A stretch of 64,000 nt of DNA from Marsupella aquatica (lineage: Eukaryota > Plantae > Marchantiophyta), in the NCBI GenBank assembly GCA_973895155.1, contig OZ316895.1, positions 8,544,184-8,608,183 of the forward strand. Direction: 5' to 3'. This document shows, in pieces, positions 25,431-39,187 of the stretch. Both the position numbers and the translations under genes were made by a program. Numbering within the stretch: position 1 is the stretch's first letter; the number at the start of each line of letters is the position of its first letter. The notes beneath the pieces were generated by a model. That model ran no database searches, was not told the DNA's origin, and saw only the letters and a list, made by a program, of their open reading frames with translations.

Positions 25431-28400
25431 CAAGTGCCATAGTGTCCAGAACCTCATTGCTTTTTTTGAAGACACTGTGGATATTAATATTATGTAGAAA
25501 GTCAACAATTCTTAAAATTCAAATGGGCCTCCTTTTATGAGACCTGTTTTGTTCTCATTGCATTTAGGTTCACTACTCAACATTTTCTTGTGCTGCTCAA
25601 GGTGCTGCTTGTTCTTGCTGTTCCTACTTGTGTTCCTCTCCTATGGCTACCCTTTAAGATATATGTGCAATGAAGGAGCATCCAGAAATTAGCATTGGGC
25701 CAATCCAAGTTTGCAATTTGGCAGGTCTTAGACTGAATACTTGCATAATGTATTTCATTTTGTTCAAGATGCACGTATTCATTTTGATTTTAGGTACTCA
25801 CGTTGCAGTTTGCCCTAAACTCGAGTCCTCTAATTATGTGTATACATTGTTGTCCCTGTAACGAGATTGTAACACTCCGTATCATCCTGTGGCTTCACAG
25901 CGAACGATTCACTTGACATTGCAGTTTTAGTCGGACTCATTTGGCAACACGGCCAGACACTCAACAAACATCAAACATCATGTATTTTATAGTGACTTTC
26001 TCATGTTATAAGGACTGAAACTTGTGTTACAAGAACTTCTGACACAAAATGGTACCTTTGGTGGGCCCAAAGGTCCATTGGGGCAAAACATGCATCTTTT
26101 GGTCCGTTAAGAGAAAAAATTGTATTTTGAGGTCCATTAAGTATTTACCTGTCAACATGTGCTCATTGCTACCTATCTTTACTTATAATTTATTAATGAT
26201 CACATTTGTCATTCAGTGTTGCAACAAACCCAGAAAAATATGTCCTTGTGTTGCTGGTTCATCATGGAACATGAATAATTATGTTTTCTTGTAGCAAAGT
26301 GAAGGACACATATTATATCTTGAATGATGAGTTGAATTACAAATTATTCTCAAAAATGATAATATTTTTTTTGAAATGTTTTACATGTAAATATAAAACT
26401 GAGATATAAAGTAAAATTAATAAGGAGAAATCATATCAAAGCTAATGACTATTCATGAAAGAAATAATGTTGAGTGTGCCAAATTTAATGATGTCATTGA
26501 TAACGGAAGAAATAGTTAATGTTCATGACCAAAGAAATTTTACTTGTAATTTTCTTAGAGCTCACCTAATGTTATGTACAATTATTGGGTCTCAAAATAC
26601 AGAAAAAAAACATTTGATTATATTTGAACTTGCAGAGTTGAGGACTATGATAACAGACTTGTTGTTTTAAGTTCTGAGTTAGATTAGACAATATGAAGTA
26701 AATTCCCACTGTCTTACAAAGTACATACAAACTTCAATACAAAAACTTAAGGGGTCGTTTAAAGTCAAGAGACATAAAATCATAAATAAAATAAAGGGTT
26801 TCTTCTTATTCTAACGAATAAATACACAAAGACCCTTATAGAGCAAAAACAAAACCTAAATTATCACTGAAACATAAAATCAACATTCTGTGCAAGGGCA
26901 AGTGGTTTCTCCACATAGCAGTGTCATGAATATAAGGGGTATCTACAAGGAAACTGCTGACAAGAAAAAACAAAACTGAGATTTACTATGTTGGACAGAT
27001 TTTTGGCCAAAATCCACAACTTGCTGTGAATTTCGCTTTGATTTGGAAACAAATATAGATCAAACTCTACAGCTGGGAATGATGAACACGATGTACATAT
27101 ATTTTCTGTATCCACAAGAAGATCTAGCAGTGTGCATGGTGTCAGTGGGCTCCTCAAGGTAGGATTTATGACTCGTGAGCCAAACCTTTGGAGTTATCAG
27201 TCTGATTATGTCAAAGACTAGAATGATCAGATTAGAAAAGCTTCTAGAGTTCTGGATGCACGATAGAGTATGAAGGGTGGAGCGAAGATAGAGATTTCCA
27301 AACCATGTGCTGTAGATTGTCCTTGTTTAGGCTATGACAACACCAAAGAGGCATTGAAGTGTTTTCAGGATTAGAGAGAGGATTAACCGCTGCAAGAATC
27401 GGGTAATACATGGAATGGAGTTGTAATCGGGAAAGATCATTAAGTCCGCATTTAACTTGTGGGAGTTGTGGTTAGAAGCTTGGAATGTCTTTCCTGACGT
27501 CAATCTTCAGGATATACAGTAGAACGTCAGTGGGTCCTTACACAGGTTGGAATTAGAAACGAGTCATCATTGAGTCCACATTCTTCAAGAGTGTGGTGGT
27601 TAACAGCTATGAAACTTCTTTCCTGATCTCCTCATCTTCAGTAATCTTCAAGTCTCAGAAGAAAACATATTTGAGGCAGTTTGTGTCTGAGCCAAGACCA
27701 TACAGCCTCTTCTTCAGTGACTTAATTTTCTTGCTTATGGCTGAAAATGGGCTCATTGTTTCGATTTTACCCCAACATGAAGGAAATCTGAGAACGACAC
27801 TCTCAGACTAGAATCTCTTAGAGGCTGTTGCAGAATCGGCCCATTGTTTCACTTCTACCTTAAAGGAAATCAGAGAGAAATTGGCAGGGTGCAAAATATT
27901 CCGTGGAGAAACCCAAAAGGTCGATCGGGCTGTTCAGACATAGGAGAGAAAGAGCAAGAAGCTCCAGAAAAATATAAACAAGCGGGGACTACGTCCTCAT
28001 GTTCGAGACCATCATTAAGAGCAAGGAGCTCCTGTCACTGCTCCCTCAAGAAATTTAAAGTGCAGGGGATTAATTTCTCAAATTCCATGATCCATTTGAC
28101 GATTAACATCCTAGCTATCCAATTCTCTTATGAGGTTTTAGCCGGACAACTTCTTTCTGAGCTACCCCTCAGTGGCTCATGGAAATTCAACTACGTGGGA
28201 GTCTAGATTTGTCCACGTAAATGGCCCAGCACTAATGGAAGGCCTCTGGCAATTCCTGGACCATGCGATAAAGTAATCCATCTAGGGTATGATTTGTGTG
28301 AAATCTTGTCACGGTTTGTTTCCAGGACCTTGACTGTAAATTTGCCAGGCCGTCTCAAGAAGAGACTTCCAAAAACGCGGTGAGTTTTTACCTTGACCTT

Positions 28401-28553
28401 CTCTGGTGCTCTCTGGTGGTCCACAACCTCTGTACAACTTAGGCTTTCGGAAGGATAAGTGGCTGCCTACCCTTGAGAAACCATTACTGCCGAAGATCTG
28501 TTTGAAGACTCCCCTAGAAAGACTGTAGCCCGATCGAAATTGTACTCATCTCT

Positions 28554-31500
28554 TCAGCCGTCGACTTTCAGGCGTTTGGCATACGGGACCTGACTTGGTG
28601 CACTCCGCATCTTTTGTGGCCTTTTCGTTGTCTCACTTATCTCATGTACAAATGTACAGTTGTCACCATTTCGACAACCTCTAGGAGTCCCAAAATAAAT
28701 GCACAGTTTCCGAGACTTGGGACGAACTGTAGTTTCCGCTCCAGAACCGGCCCCACTTTCATTATCTTGACGTTCTCGTGCATTTCTTTCCGGTCTGCCC
28801 GAGTTTACTTGCTCCATCCCATTCCACCTCTTCACTTCCGGTGCGGTGTATGTATTACCAGATCTAGCTCCAGTGCTACCTTTATCAACGACAGCTCGCC
28901 CTTGGGCATCATTATTGGCACTGCCATGCTGCAATATTAAGCTCTTGAAGTATTCCTCATCCAGACGTGACAAAGGCCTGGAAGCCGAGGCCCCTACCTG
29001 AGGAGTGGCTGCTGTCTGTGCTCCGAGTTGAGAAGCAGAATTGCTGGCGAAACCTTGCGACATGTTGCCATTCACATTTACTTTACTAGAACCGAAACCT
29101 GGCGGAGTATCACTGCTGTTAGATAGCCCGGTAAGTTGTCCAATTGCTACCCTCCCACCATTTGTAGGATCTGTGTACAGCTGATTGTTACCCAGCTGAG
29201 CACTACCCAATGCACCCGGCTGTAAAGTTGAAGGCCTCTCTTCAGGACCTTGAGTTCTCTGAAACCCTTCACCTGCATTAATATAGGATTCGTTATTCCT
29301 TGATCTACCCCTGTCCTGCCCACCTACGGGCACAGTCGTCATGTAGGAAGTGGAAGGGGGGCTGATCCAATGATTGGCAGCGCGACCTATGACCCCGTTC
29401 GTAACTTGCATTTGATTAATTTTATCAGGCAATCCAGATGCCCCATTCATATTCGTGCTGGCGGAAATCTCTGGTTTCGAGTTTGCAAAGGGAGGTTTGG
29501 AGGTCAGAGACTGTAACATACTTGGATCACTTAGTATCCGTATAAGTAACTCGTTATCTATCATGCTGCCTAATTCTTGGGACTTTGAAAGAGCTGCGAA
29601 GGCTGCAGCAGCGGCGGCTGCAACATCTGGTTGTACACCATTTTGATTAGGATTGGTAAGAAGATTAGGAAGCGGACCAGACGGGGGTGGCCTACCGCTT
29701 ATTATATCAGAAGAATGATCTACAGGTCTTGTTGTGGGTCCAACCATGGCTTTCCCCCAGGCTGAATCATTTCTGGCGTTTGAAATTTCTTGCCTTGGAC
29801 CTTGAAGGTTATCTCCAATGTATTGCTTCACCTTTTCTGGTCTCCCGTTCGGTACACTAATCGGTTGCGCACCAGCTACTGCCCATACACAAAATGACAT
29901 TGATTAATTATTCACCAAATATAGCTAAAACACGGCCATCCCACTCATAGACAAATGTTACGCACGGACTTGCTTTCAAAATTCTACTCTGTAAGCCTTA
30001 AACAACATTTCTCTTAGAAGTGTGCATAAAAGACAATCATTACGCAGGCGCGTTTACATCCAAAATGACAGGAGATGCAGAAATCATTCGAAGAAAACAT
30101 AAAACTCAAATGATAAATGGAAATATATTACGCCATTCACGCAGCAGCAAAGTGGAGAGGTGCATACCTTGACCTGAAGGACCATGAGAGAGAAAACGAG
30201 GACCCGACGACAGGCTTGATACATCACTACCGTCCTGAACATCTTCTTCTTCGAGAGGAACCAAAGGTATTTGTGGGGTAAGAGAATCGTCATAAGGTTC
30301 CTGAGCCTCAATCGGTTCGGCAGGGCTGAAGTACACAACACAGGATCATGATAGCCAGAAGCTGATTAGGAAACAGCTGGCAAATACTAGGTTAAGTCAT
30401 ATAAAGCAAACTCCAGCATGTGTACCAAGCTGGGATTTAATGCTTGGCGTGTGTCCATAATATATAAGAGGCAATGCTTGCGAGCTTTCATTTAGAGAAA
30501 AGTAAATAGAGAGAACAGCCTACAAACCTTTCAGGAATGGAAGACGGACGAGGATAAACAGCTTCCAAGATACGGACTTCTCGCTGCTTTTGCAGACCAG
30601 TTTCTAGACTGGCTCCACCAGCCATGACATGCCACGATGGATCGAGATGGACCTTCACCAAGGATACATTACAGACTCGTTAGGCACAAAACTGCAATTC
30701 ATTACATACAGCCAACTTGGGAATCGGCAGTAAAGCCAAGTTATCTACAAATGGACACCAGAAGAAAAAACTAAGGGCACCACAAAAGCGTGTAGAGTAG
30801 TCAATATACATTGACAACTTAACACAGTCGATTCTCATGGATAAACATAATAGAATACCCTATTTCGTGGTAACTGATTCTATGTGTAACCCAAAAGAAT
30901 CTAGCTTCAGACTCCTCCGGGATCGTTTTTAAAGGTATAACGTATGCACTTGGAATTCAAAAAAAGAATTAGGACAGCAGACAGAGGAGAACCCAATCTT
31001 TTTAGGGAAGACTATCACGATCTCAATCTGAATTAAAAGTCCATAATCAGTTTCCTCCACATCAATGAAACATTCATGATACGCGCTTACCTTACTGGGT
31101 GACCTCCACGAAATTTGAGGAACAATAGCTGCTAAAGCCATATGATCGGGCTGAGACTTGACCGGCACACCTCCAAATCCAGGAGGGGCATCTGGAGCGG
31201 GACCGGAGAGAGCGGGATTACACATGTGCAAATTTCTTGTTGGCTTTGCCTGCAATTGATCTTGGACAGTTCCTGACAAGACAGGGGCCTCTTCAGCTAC
31301 AAACAAACGTACCTGGAGCATCCAATGAGAAAAATAAGTCAGCAACAGAAGAAGGCTAGCCAAACCCAATGGATGCAATTCGACTAAAGTTAAGACGAGA
31401 GTACAGCAATCAACCGGTTCGAGATACGAGGACAGACCATCCTTGCAACGGATGTAGTAACAAAACAGAACTGGAAAACAATTGAGACACAAGACCCCAT

Positions 31501-32643
31501 ATTCATTACCACACTTCCCCACAACAGCTGTGTACTGCGCAACAAAGACGCACAGGGAGACACCACTCTCACACCAGAGCTAAATAGCGATTTTTCGGAG
31601 ACTACTAAGGATCATCGTCAAATGCAAGATGACATGAATTCAGCAGAACAAAAAGGTCTTGTCCACGGCACTGGCACGTCACTCGGCTTCACTTCCCTTG
31701 ACAGTACCATACAATGAAATGCCTTGCCAAAAACAATTCCCAGTCCCTGATGATACCCAAATCGCTACCAGAACGATGGACGACTCATCTACTTTAGGAT
31801 AGCTGTCCTCAAAAGGCAAAGATCTGGAAATCCACTTTGCTGTCACCATTCCGCTCAAAACAATTAGCTTCGTCTTCTTTGAACCCAGAACTACAACTGC
31901 TTCCTTACAAGACAGTCAGCACAGGAGAAACTTCTTACACCACTGACAATGCTATAACCACCTCCTCGGCAACAATTGACAGAAACGGACCTTCGTTTCA
32001 GAAATGGCTCAAGTTATAGTCCTCTAGCAGGTAGTTCCAATTGGAACGACGACGAACTTCAAAGAACAAATCACATAAACTTCACTTTCGAAGATGACTT
32101 AATGGTCACGTTCAACAGTCCTACACAAAATCCCGATTCTACTGCAACTACCCATGCAAAGAGATCAACGAAGGCATCCACAGCCAAGGTGAAAGGCACC
32201 GCCCAGGCTAATGCAACCATGCGCTCAGGATCCAGGAAATGATGAAGGACGGTTCCACGGCATTTGCGAACTACCGCCGTTCAGATCAACAAATGAGGAA
32301 AGCTGTATAGAACTCGTGAACAAATCTTAATGCTCCAACTTAACGAAGCGAAACAATTCGAGCCCACTGAAACTCCACAACGCATCCCCTATCATTAAAG
32401 ATCTCTACTGAGCCGTGACACAATTCAGTGATAGTGCAGACCTTGAAAAGCGAATTGAACTCATGAAACAAAAGCACATGACATAGGAAGGGGAGGGACC
32501 AGAGATGAGAACAAGACCTGGAACAAATTTTCACCAGCGGCCCATGAAACTCTCATTGAGCGCTTCGGTGTCTCAACTTGAGGTTGTGGAGGAGAGTGCT
32601 GACGAGGAAACCCAAATCCTGGTGGTGGGGAGAGGGTTGTCAT
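28554..32643 (-). CDS. CCCH zinc-finger protein (C3H6/C3H45-like), 5 exons, ~651 aa
   Basis: Exons 32643-32518, 31312-31091, 30652-30528, 30325-30168 and 29878(or 29875)-28554, with consistent phases. N-terminal RVSW...LFQVRLF, W.V.AG..S.E..Q..RE.RILEAVYPR.S.IP, ID.ELLIRILSDP, and C-terminal C-x8-C-x5-C-x3-H. Confidence 0.9.
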
Positions 32644-33568
32644 CTTGTCTGAGATCCAATCACTTGTTGAGTTTTGTTGTGGCGCCTGTCGTTGTGGGCG
32701 GGAAAATCTCGTGACTGCGGGCTAGTGTGCAAAGGATTTTGGGGCCCCGTATCCAACCATGTGTCTTTGTGCATCCATTTCCTTTCAACGATCGCTAAGT
32801 TATTTCGCAGGTGAGCAGATTCTTGGCTCAACCGCGCTATCAATTCTTTCGTTCAAGGTCACCTTAATCATTATTCGGTATGATTTCAGTACACTCGATC
32901 TTGCAAGCTGTGTTATCTTGTTCCCCAACAACTCTATTGGCGCGGTGGACCGATTCACACGAAGGTAAAGGTACGACGGTGGAGCAAGACGCACTCTCCA
33001 ACCTTTAGCGATGGCAGGACGGAAACTCTTAAGGTCGGGAAAGAGATCTCATCCAGCTAAATCTGCTGTGTATCTTCAAGCCAGCGTAGCAACAAGTCAC
33101 GAGGGATGTATCTGGATCGAGACGACAAGCTCGCTACAGACCCGCAAAGCGCCAGGTTGTACATCAGCTGAAATTCGATGGCAACTGGATTTTTGCCCAT
33201 ACGCGCTCATTCCTGCAACTAAGACAAAAAGGCCCGTGCCCTCGTTTTCTCGGCACACTTCTACCGTCGGGGAGCCAAAAGCCGTAATCTCTAACAAGAG
33301 TTAACCCTGTCGACAACAGAACTACTCCTCATCCTGTCAAGGTTGCTCGAAGTGCCGTAGAAAACACTGCTTTCATTCTGGCGATCTACTGCGGAACGAG
33401 AGAGTTGAAGCAAACCCTTGTTACAAGTAACCTCCGCCGCAATCCAACTGGCGATAGAATATCAGAAGATGGACAACTGCACAGATAATGATCTAAACAT
33501 CATGTATGTTTGATATTTCGTGTCACAAATGTAGAGTGCGTGTTAAGGGAGGAACACTTGATGTTCAA

Positions 33569-34662
33569 GATGATGAGAATGATATTCGCTTGACAGTAGT
33601 AGTAGTAGTGATAGTAGATCCACTCACACACACTCATTTACGTGCTTTTCACCTTTGGATGTCATTGTTTTGCACAATTTTCCATTAGTGATGTTTTTGC
33701 TTGGTGATGCAACGACTCCTCGAGTGCACAGTGATGTGGTAGCCGCTGATGTTCCAAGGTGCCAAGATGTTGTAAGGAGAGAGATTCGCGTGCGGTGTAT
33801 CACGCTTCCCTAGGGACCGGAGATCAGCTTTCTAAGAAGGAAGGCAGTCAAACAAACACACGAAGACCCCTCCGCAGCGGAATATGGCTTGGAGATGGAA
33901 CGAAGAGGAATACACAAACTCACCGGACTCTGGAGAGGGATGGCACCGGCGACCACACAGGAAGGGACAGAAGACAGCTTCAACAAGAAAACTCTCAATA
34001 CCCACCCAAACAGCTTTACGACAGGGTCGGTGGGGATAGATTTCCAAATGAGCAACCGCAAAGTGCTGCTCTGCTACTGTAGTAAGAAAATGCCAAGCAG
34101 TGCACAAACCCTGGGTGACAGCAGCATCAACCTCCACGAACGACAGGCAGACACCATAAACGCCACCGCAAATGGCGAAGAATGACCCACGGAGACTGGC
34201 CCCCCAAGACCTACACGTACTCGTCGCTTGCAAAGATCAACCACGCCTCACTACCCGCTGCCGTCAAACACGACACACTCAAGCGGGGAAAAGAGCAACG
34301 AGAGATACAAACCTACTCGTCCCGGGTCGGACCAACACAATCACCACTCAACCCCTCTCAAACTCTTTCCCAACGATGTACACACTCGATGTACACACCT
34401 GCCCTCGTCTCTCACCCTTTCCCCAATCAGCAACACCCAAAACAAATCCTTACCCTCGCTCTTCCTTCCGAAAGCGCATCCGTGAAATTCGCACTCAGAC
34501 ACGACCAACCCCACCACCACCATCCACACAATCAAACCACGGAACTCAAACCCTCATCGACAACGATCGAATAGGCACAACAATCAAACTCCTAATCCGC
34601 ATCGGTCACCACACCCAGCACAGGCCGAAAGATCGAATCGGGGCTCGGTCCATCCGGTGAGT
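33569..34662. repeat. ~1.1-kb segment (copy 1) upstream of the CCCH gene, duplicated at 47001-47992
   Basis: Directly alignable from TGATGAGAATGATA.TCGCT to GGGGCTCGGTCCAT.CGGTG, in the same orientation. Confidence 0.95.
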
Positions 34663-34665
34663 GAG

Positions 34666-34705
34666 CGAGAGAGGAGAGAGAGAGGGGAGAGAGAGAGAGA
34701 GAGAG
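34666..34705. repeat. (GA)n microsatellite; TC-rich on the minus strand, probably in the CCCH gene leader
   Basis: GAGAGAGG...GAGAGAGAGAGAGAG run. Confidence 0.9.
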
Positions 34706-35555
34706 CGAAAAGGAGAATACAGGTCTTCCAGAACAGCCAGACGCGCGCTGGGCTAGATCGATCAAAAGCTTGGATGCAAGGGAGGGGGCGGACGGCCGTA
34801 TGAGAGAATCGTCGAAGCGGGAAGGGGAGGGAAACGATATGGAATCCGTCTTAGTTTGCGACGAAGGAAGCAGGGGAGGAAGAGGCGTCCGGTTCCCGCA
34901 AGCGAGACAAATTTGGAGACGAGGGCGAGGGCGAGGGCGATGGAGGTGGAGGATGGAATTGAGTGACTGGTTGGAAATGGATTGCGAGGGGAGAGCAGCA
35001 GGCACGAAAAAGGGAATCCGAAGGCGGAAACTGGAAGCGAAGTAGAGCAAAGCGAAGCAAGAGCAAGAGCAAAGGAAGAGCACGAGGGGCGGAGAGGATT
35101 GCAACGAGTCAAATCGCGACCTGTAAAAAGTAAAGAAGGTCGATAGGGAGAAACCGACACGTCAGGCAGAGAGGGTAAAAAAGGGTCTTGCGGGGAAAGG
35201 ACGGCAGACCGAGCCCCACTGCGTAGCAGTGACGGCCGTCGCCAACCTGCCGTCCGCGGAGTGCCACCGTTCTCAGACGATTTGTTCTTCTGCCTTTTTA
35301 CTCTTTTTACTGGGGTGCCCCCAAAGAGAGATATGTTTAGTAGACCCCTTCTGGAAAAAGTTTGTTTAATCAACGCCCTCTATACTTTTCCCCAGTCTGG
35401 ATCTTTGATGGAACTTTCAATCTCAGATCTGAACCGTTGGTAGACCTCAGGGGGTTGATCAAGTAACAAGTTTCATTTTGGGGGTCGATTAAGCAAATAC
35501 CTCTGCCCCCCCTAAATCTAATTTAACCAAGTCCGGGAGTGGATGTCATGCAAGG

Positions 35556-35947
35556 TGGGTCACAAGAGCTGAGCTAAGCATGCCTAGATGTGTTAAGAAA
35601 ATGGTTAGGTGTCCAGGGTCACAACATATGAACTAACCATGCCTACATGTGTTAAGAAAATGGTTCGGTTGTCATAAACACCTGAACTAACCATGTCTTT
35701 TTACTGAGTTAGTGAGTTGCCCCCAAAATCTAATTTTACCAAGTCCGTGACCCAGGGGGTAGGTCATAAACAGGTTAACTGAATTAACCATGTCTACTGT
35801 CTAGATGTGTAAAGAAAATGGTTGGGATGTCAAGGTGGGTCACAATGGCTGAACTAACCATGCCTAGATGTGTTAAGAAAATGGTTAGGTCCAGGGTCAC
35901 AACAGATGAACTAACCATGCCTAGATGTGTTAAGAAAATGGTTAGGC
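35556..35947. repeat. ~57-59-bp tandem repeat array within a probable non-autonomous element
   Basis: GGGTCACAA...GAACTAACCATGCCTAGATGTGTTAAGAAAATGGTTAGG occurs about 5 times. GCCCCC.AAATCTAATT recurs at ~35505, ~35719 and ~36144. Confidence 0.85.
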
Positions 35948-38900
35948 TATTGTGCAGATCAAAATCACATTTCAGAGCCGCCCAGATGTTAATAAGAGGA
36001 GTCACTGCAATAATTTTGCACCGTGATATGGGTTTGGTTTGCAATGTTGGATGAAACCTGTGAAAAACTAGTCTCAAGGGTTATTCACTTCCAAAAAATA
36101 TGCTGTTTTTTTACTGACTTACCCCAGATTGTGCAACCTTAATTGCCCCCCAAATCTAATTGCCCCTCACCAAATGTGGTCACAATAGGCCAAACAAAAT
36201 GATTTAGACAATCGAGTGGAGAATTTGTTCTGGGCCTTTTTATGGCCATGGTAATACTGAACTAAAGTTCAGCAAATCATTAGTCCCCCCCAAGGATTCC
36301 TTCCCAGCCTTGCATTCCAACTACTTTAGTTAATTATTGCCCCATTCCTTGCAAGGGGGCAATAAAAATAATTTAAATATGGACTTAGAACTCGAATACT
36401 TAAACAACCTTCCAAAGCACTAGAGTTCTCTGTGTTTACTAGGGGCAAACAGTTCAAGCAAAACCACTTTTCAGGCCCTAATGGTCAGTTACCACAAAGT
36501 CTCCGTTAAAATGGAATTCCGAAAACCCACGGTGAGATGCGTTTGCGCCCACCACAGCCCTGGGCAGCAACGGGAGAGGGAATTTGAGGCACCCAGGCCT
36601 CCCGCATGCACATTTAGCAGAGCTGAAGGTGTGACAAATTTAGACAGAACTGCAGGCCAGTTGCTGAGGACACATGACTTTACAGAAACCTTTGTTTCAC
36701 ACCAAAAAATGAAGAAAAAAAATCATGAAAGTAAGTTTAATGATTGAATGTTTGTGGGAGTAAATAAGATTGACATGTCAGCAAGATTGTAATTAGGTTT
36801 GGAGTAAAGGGGGTTTAAGTGTTTCTTGTGTAGTTTTGGAGCTTAAAAATAACAATGTGCTATGGTGACCCTGTACTGCTCGAAATTCTACAGTATGAAC
36901 ACAGATAGTGATGTGCTGTCATCAAACATTTGCATTTTTGTAGCCTATACTTGTTTATACTTCATTAGAAATTCGAGCACACTCAAGGTTCATGACTTAC
37001 AATTCTTAATTTTTCTTAATTATATCAGATTCAAAGGTCTTTGCCAGATCTTTCATACCAGCTATAGGGCAGATCTTGAATATGTGTATGCTAGCAGGCT
37101 AGGGATATCATTTTAGAGAAGTGTGGAGTGTGACTAAATATCTTTGCAAAAAATGATATTTTCCATACTAGCTTTGTGTCACATGCAATGCACGTAAACA
37201 ACTCACCTGGGAGCAAATGACAACACACTCCAAAATACAAAACATAAACATTTGTCCCGTTAACAATCATAGCTAAGTTGTCTCTGAATCTGTAGCTATG
37301 TCTTTCCAAATATGCGTGTTGTCTCACAAGTTCAATCATTGCCTTCTAAGGCCCTTTTCAATTGTGAATGCTTGAAGCTCTTTCAAGTGCTACCGTCTTC
37401 CCCCAAACAGCACACAGGTGCTATATTCGAATAGTGAGTCAAGGGGCGCTATATTTGATTAGTGAGCCCTGGGTGTTGTGTTTGAGTTTTGACACTTTGT
37501 TTTGGATTTTTGTAACATGTGACATTGTGTTCGAATATTGGCGTTGTGTTCAAATAGTCAAGAGCTTTTTGTTCAATTGCTTCTGTTTGCTTTCAGTGCC
37601 CTCATTGTCGAGCGCTTTTTGTTTGCTTTCACAATGTCCTCACTCCAACATACTGTCAACTTCGAACACTTCATTGTAACGGAAGACACAACAGCAGACC
37701 CCTCACTCGAACATAGTGCCCAAGTTCAAACACAACGTCATCCCCGAACACAATGCCTAATTTGAACACAGCGCTCGGGCGCTGTGTAAAAGTGGCTCTA
37801 TGTTCGAAGAAAACAAGCTTTTTTGTATAAGGACACTAAATTTTCAACTTTCGAACACAATGCCCGGGCGCTGTGTTCGGGGGAAGACAGCAGCTTGATT
37901 CTTTTTTCTCTCCAACCTTGAGGTTGCCCTTCTAATAAAGTGACTGCTTGACTCAAAGACAATTTTAAGCCCCAAGAGATCAAGATGCATGTCCCTAAAG
38001 GTTCCTCCTTTTGCATGACAATGATATACTTTAAACATGTCTTTTCCAAAAAAGGTGAAGGTAATTATTACTTAGGGCCTCCCCACTGCTGCAGTTGTGT
38101 CATTTTCTAGCACCGCTACATATGAGCATTCTCTAGACTAGTGAGTTTGATACATAATATGATTTAAAGTCTACATCTAGACTGAAACCAGTATACCATG
38201 ACACAAGAAGCAAGACCCAAGACAAAAGTGGGCATCACAGGGTCCATGATTATTTCCATGCATAGGATAGGCACCTGGAGGAGTCTGAGAAGATGAGAGA
38301 GCAGGGTGGAGAGGGGCTTTATAAGAACAGCCAGATGGAGTTTCCTCTTTATCCCTAGTTAGATCTGGACCATATATTTCCAGTGACCAGTCCCTTTTGA
38401 TTTTAGAATAGGAATGACAGCTGTATTCTACATCGCAGCCTGTGGGCCCATGTCCCATTTGTACTGCTGTTTAGGCCACTCCTAAGGCCATGAGGTGGTG
38501 TTTTGGTCTAATCTGTTTGCATGGAGTGCTTTCTCAACATAGGCACCAACCTTGTTTCTTTCTTTTTTTAGTCTTGACAGGAAGAGAGTGTTATTATCAA
38601 ATGAAATACATCTCAGTCAAGCTTAAAAGTTTGTTTCAGGTTTGGAATACTACTTTCAACCTTGAGATTTATATGCTCATACAAGCCCTATGTCTACGTG
38701 TTGTACCGCGCAAGGAGGGCCGGCTCGTAGGGAATTGGGCTGGGCATTTATGGGGTAGCATGGGGAAGCACATATGCACCACGGGTGCACATTCCCTCCG
38801 TTAAGGGTCGTGGGGTTATTTTAATGCTTCTCGGCTTACCAGAGCTTGCCACGTAGGCAGCTTTATATTTCATTATTTATGGTCATATTTGGGGTGTATT

Positions 38901-39187
38901 TATACACCCAAAATTTATGGATACGCAAGTAATTCAGTATGGAGAATCCCATGGCGGGGAATAAAAATTTATTCATATGTAAATCAAGAGTTACAGTGAA
39001 GTGACTCTAGAGAGTCAGAAAAATGAGAATGCCCAGAAGGCAGTTCTTGACAACAATTAATTGTCGAAAGAATGTCCATCTATACACTGGCACCAATCCA
39101 GCGTCTAGTGTAATCTAGAATATGGAAGTGTTGTCTGTAAGTATCTACAATCTATGAATGCTAACTCTATCTACAATGCCTCACAGG

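Noticed and set aside
32640-32843. Upstream ORF overlapping the CCCH start codon
   Set aside because: It has a non-ATG start in the ORF track and no conservation evidence, so it cannot be supported as a functional uORF from sequence alone.
35556-35947. Regularly spaced repeats resembling a CRISPR array
   Set aside because: The intervening sequences are themselves similar to each other, there are no cas genes, and the context is eukaryotic. It is a tandem repeat.
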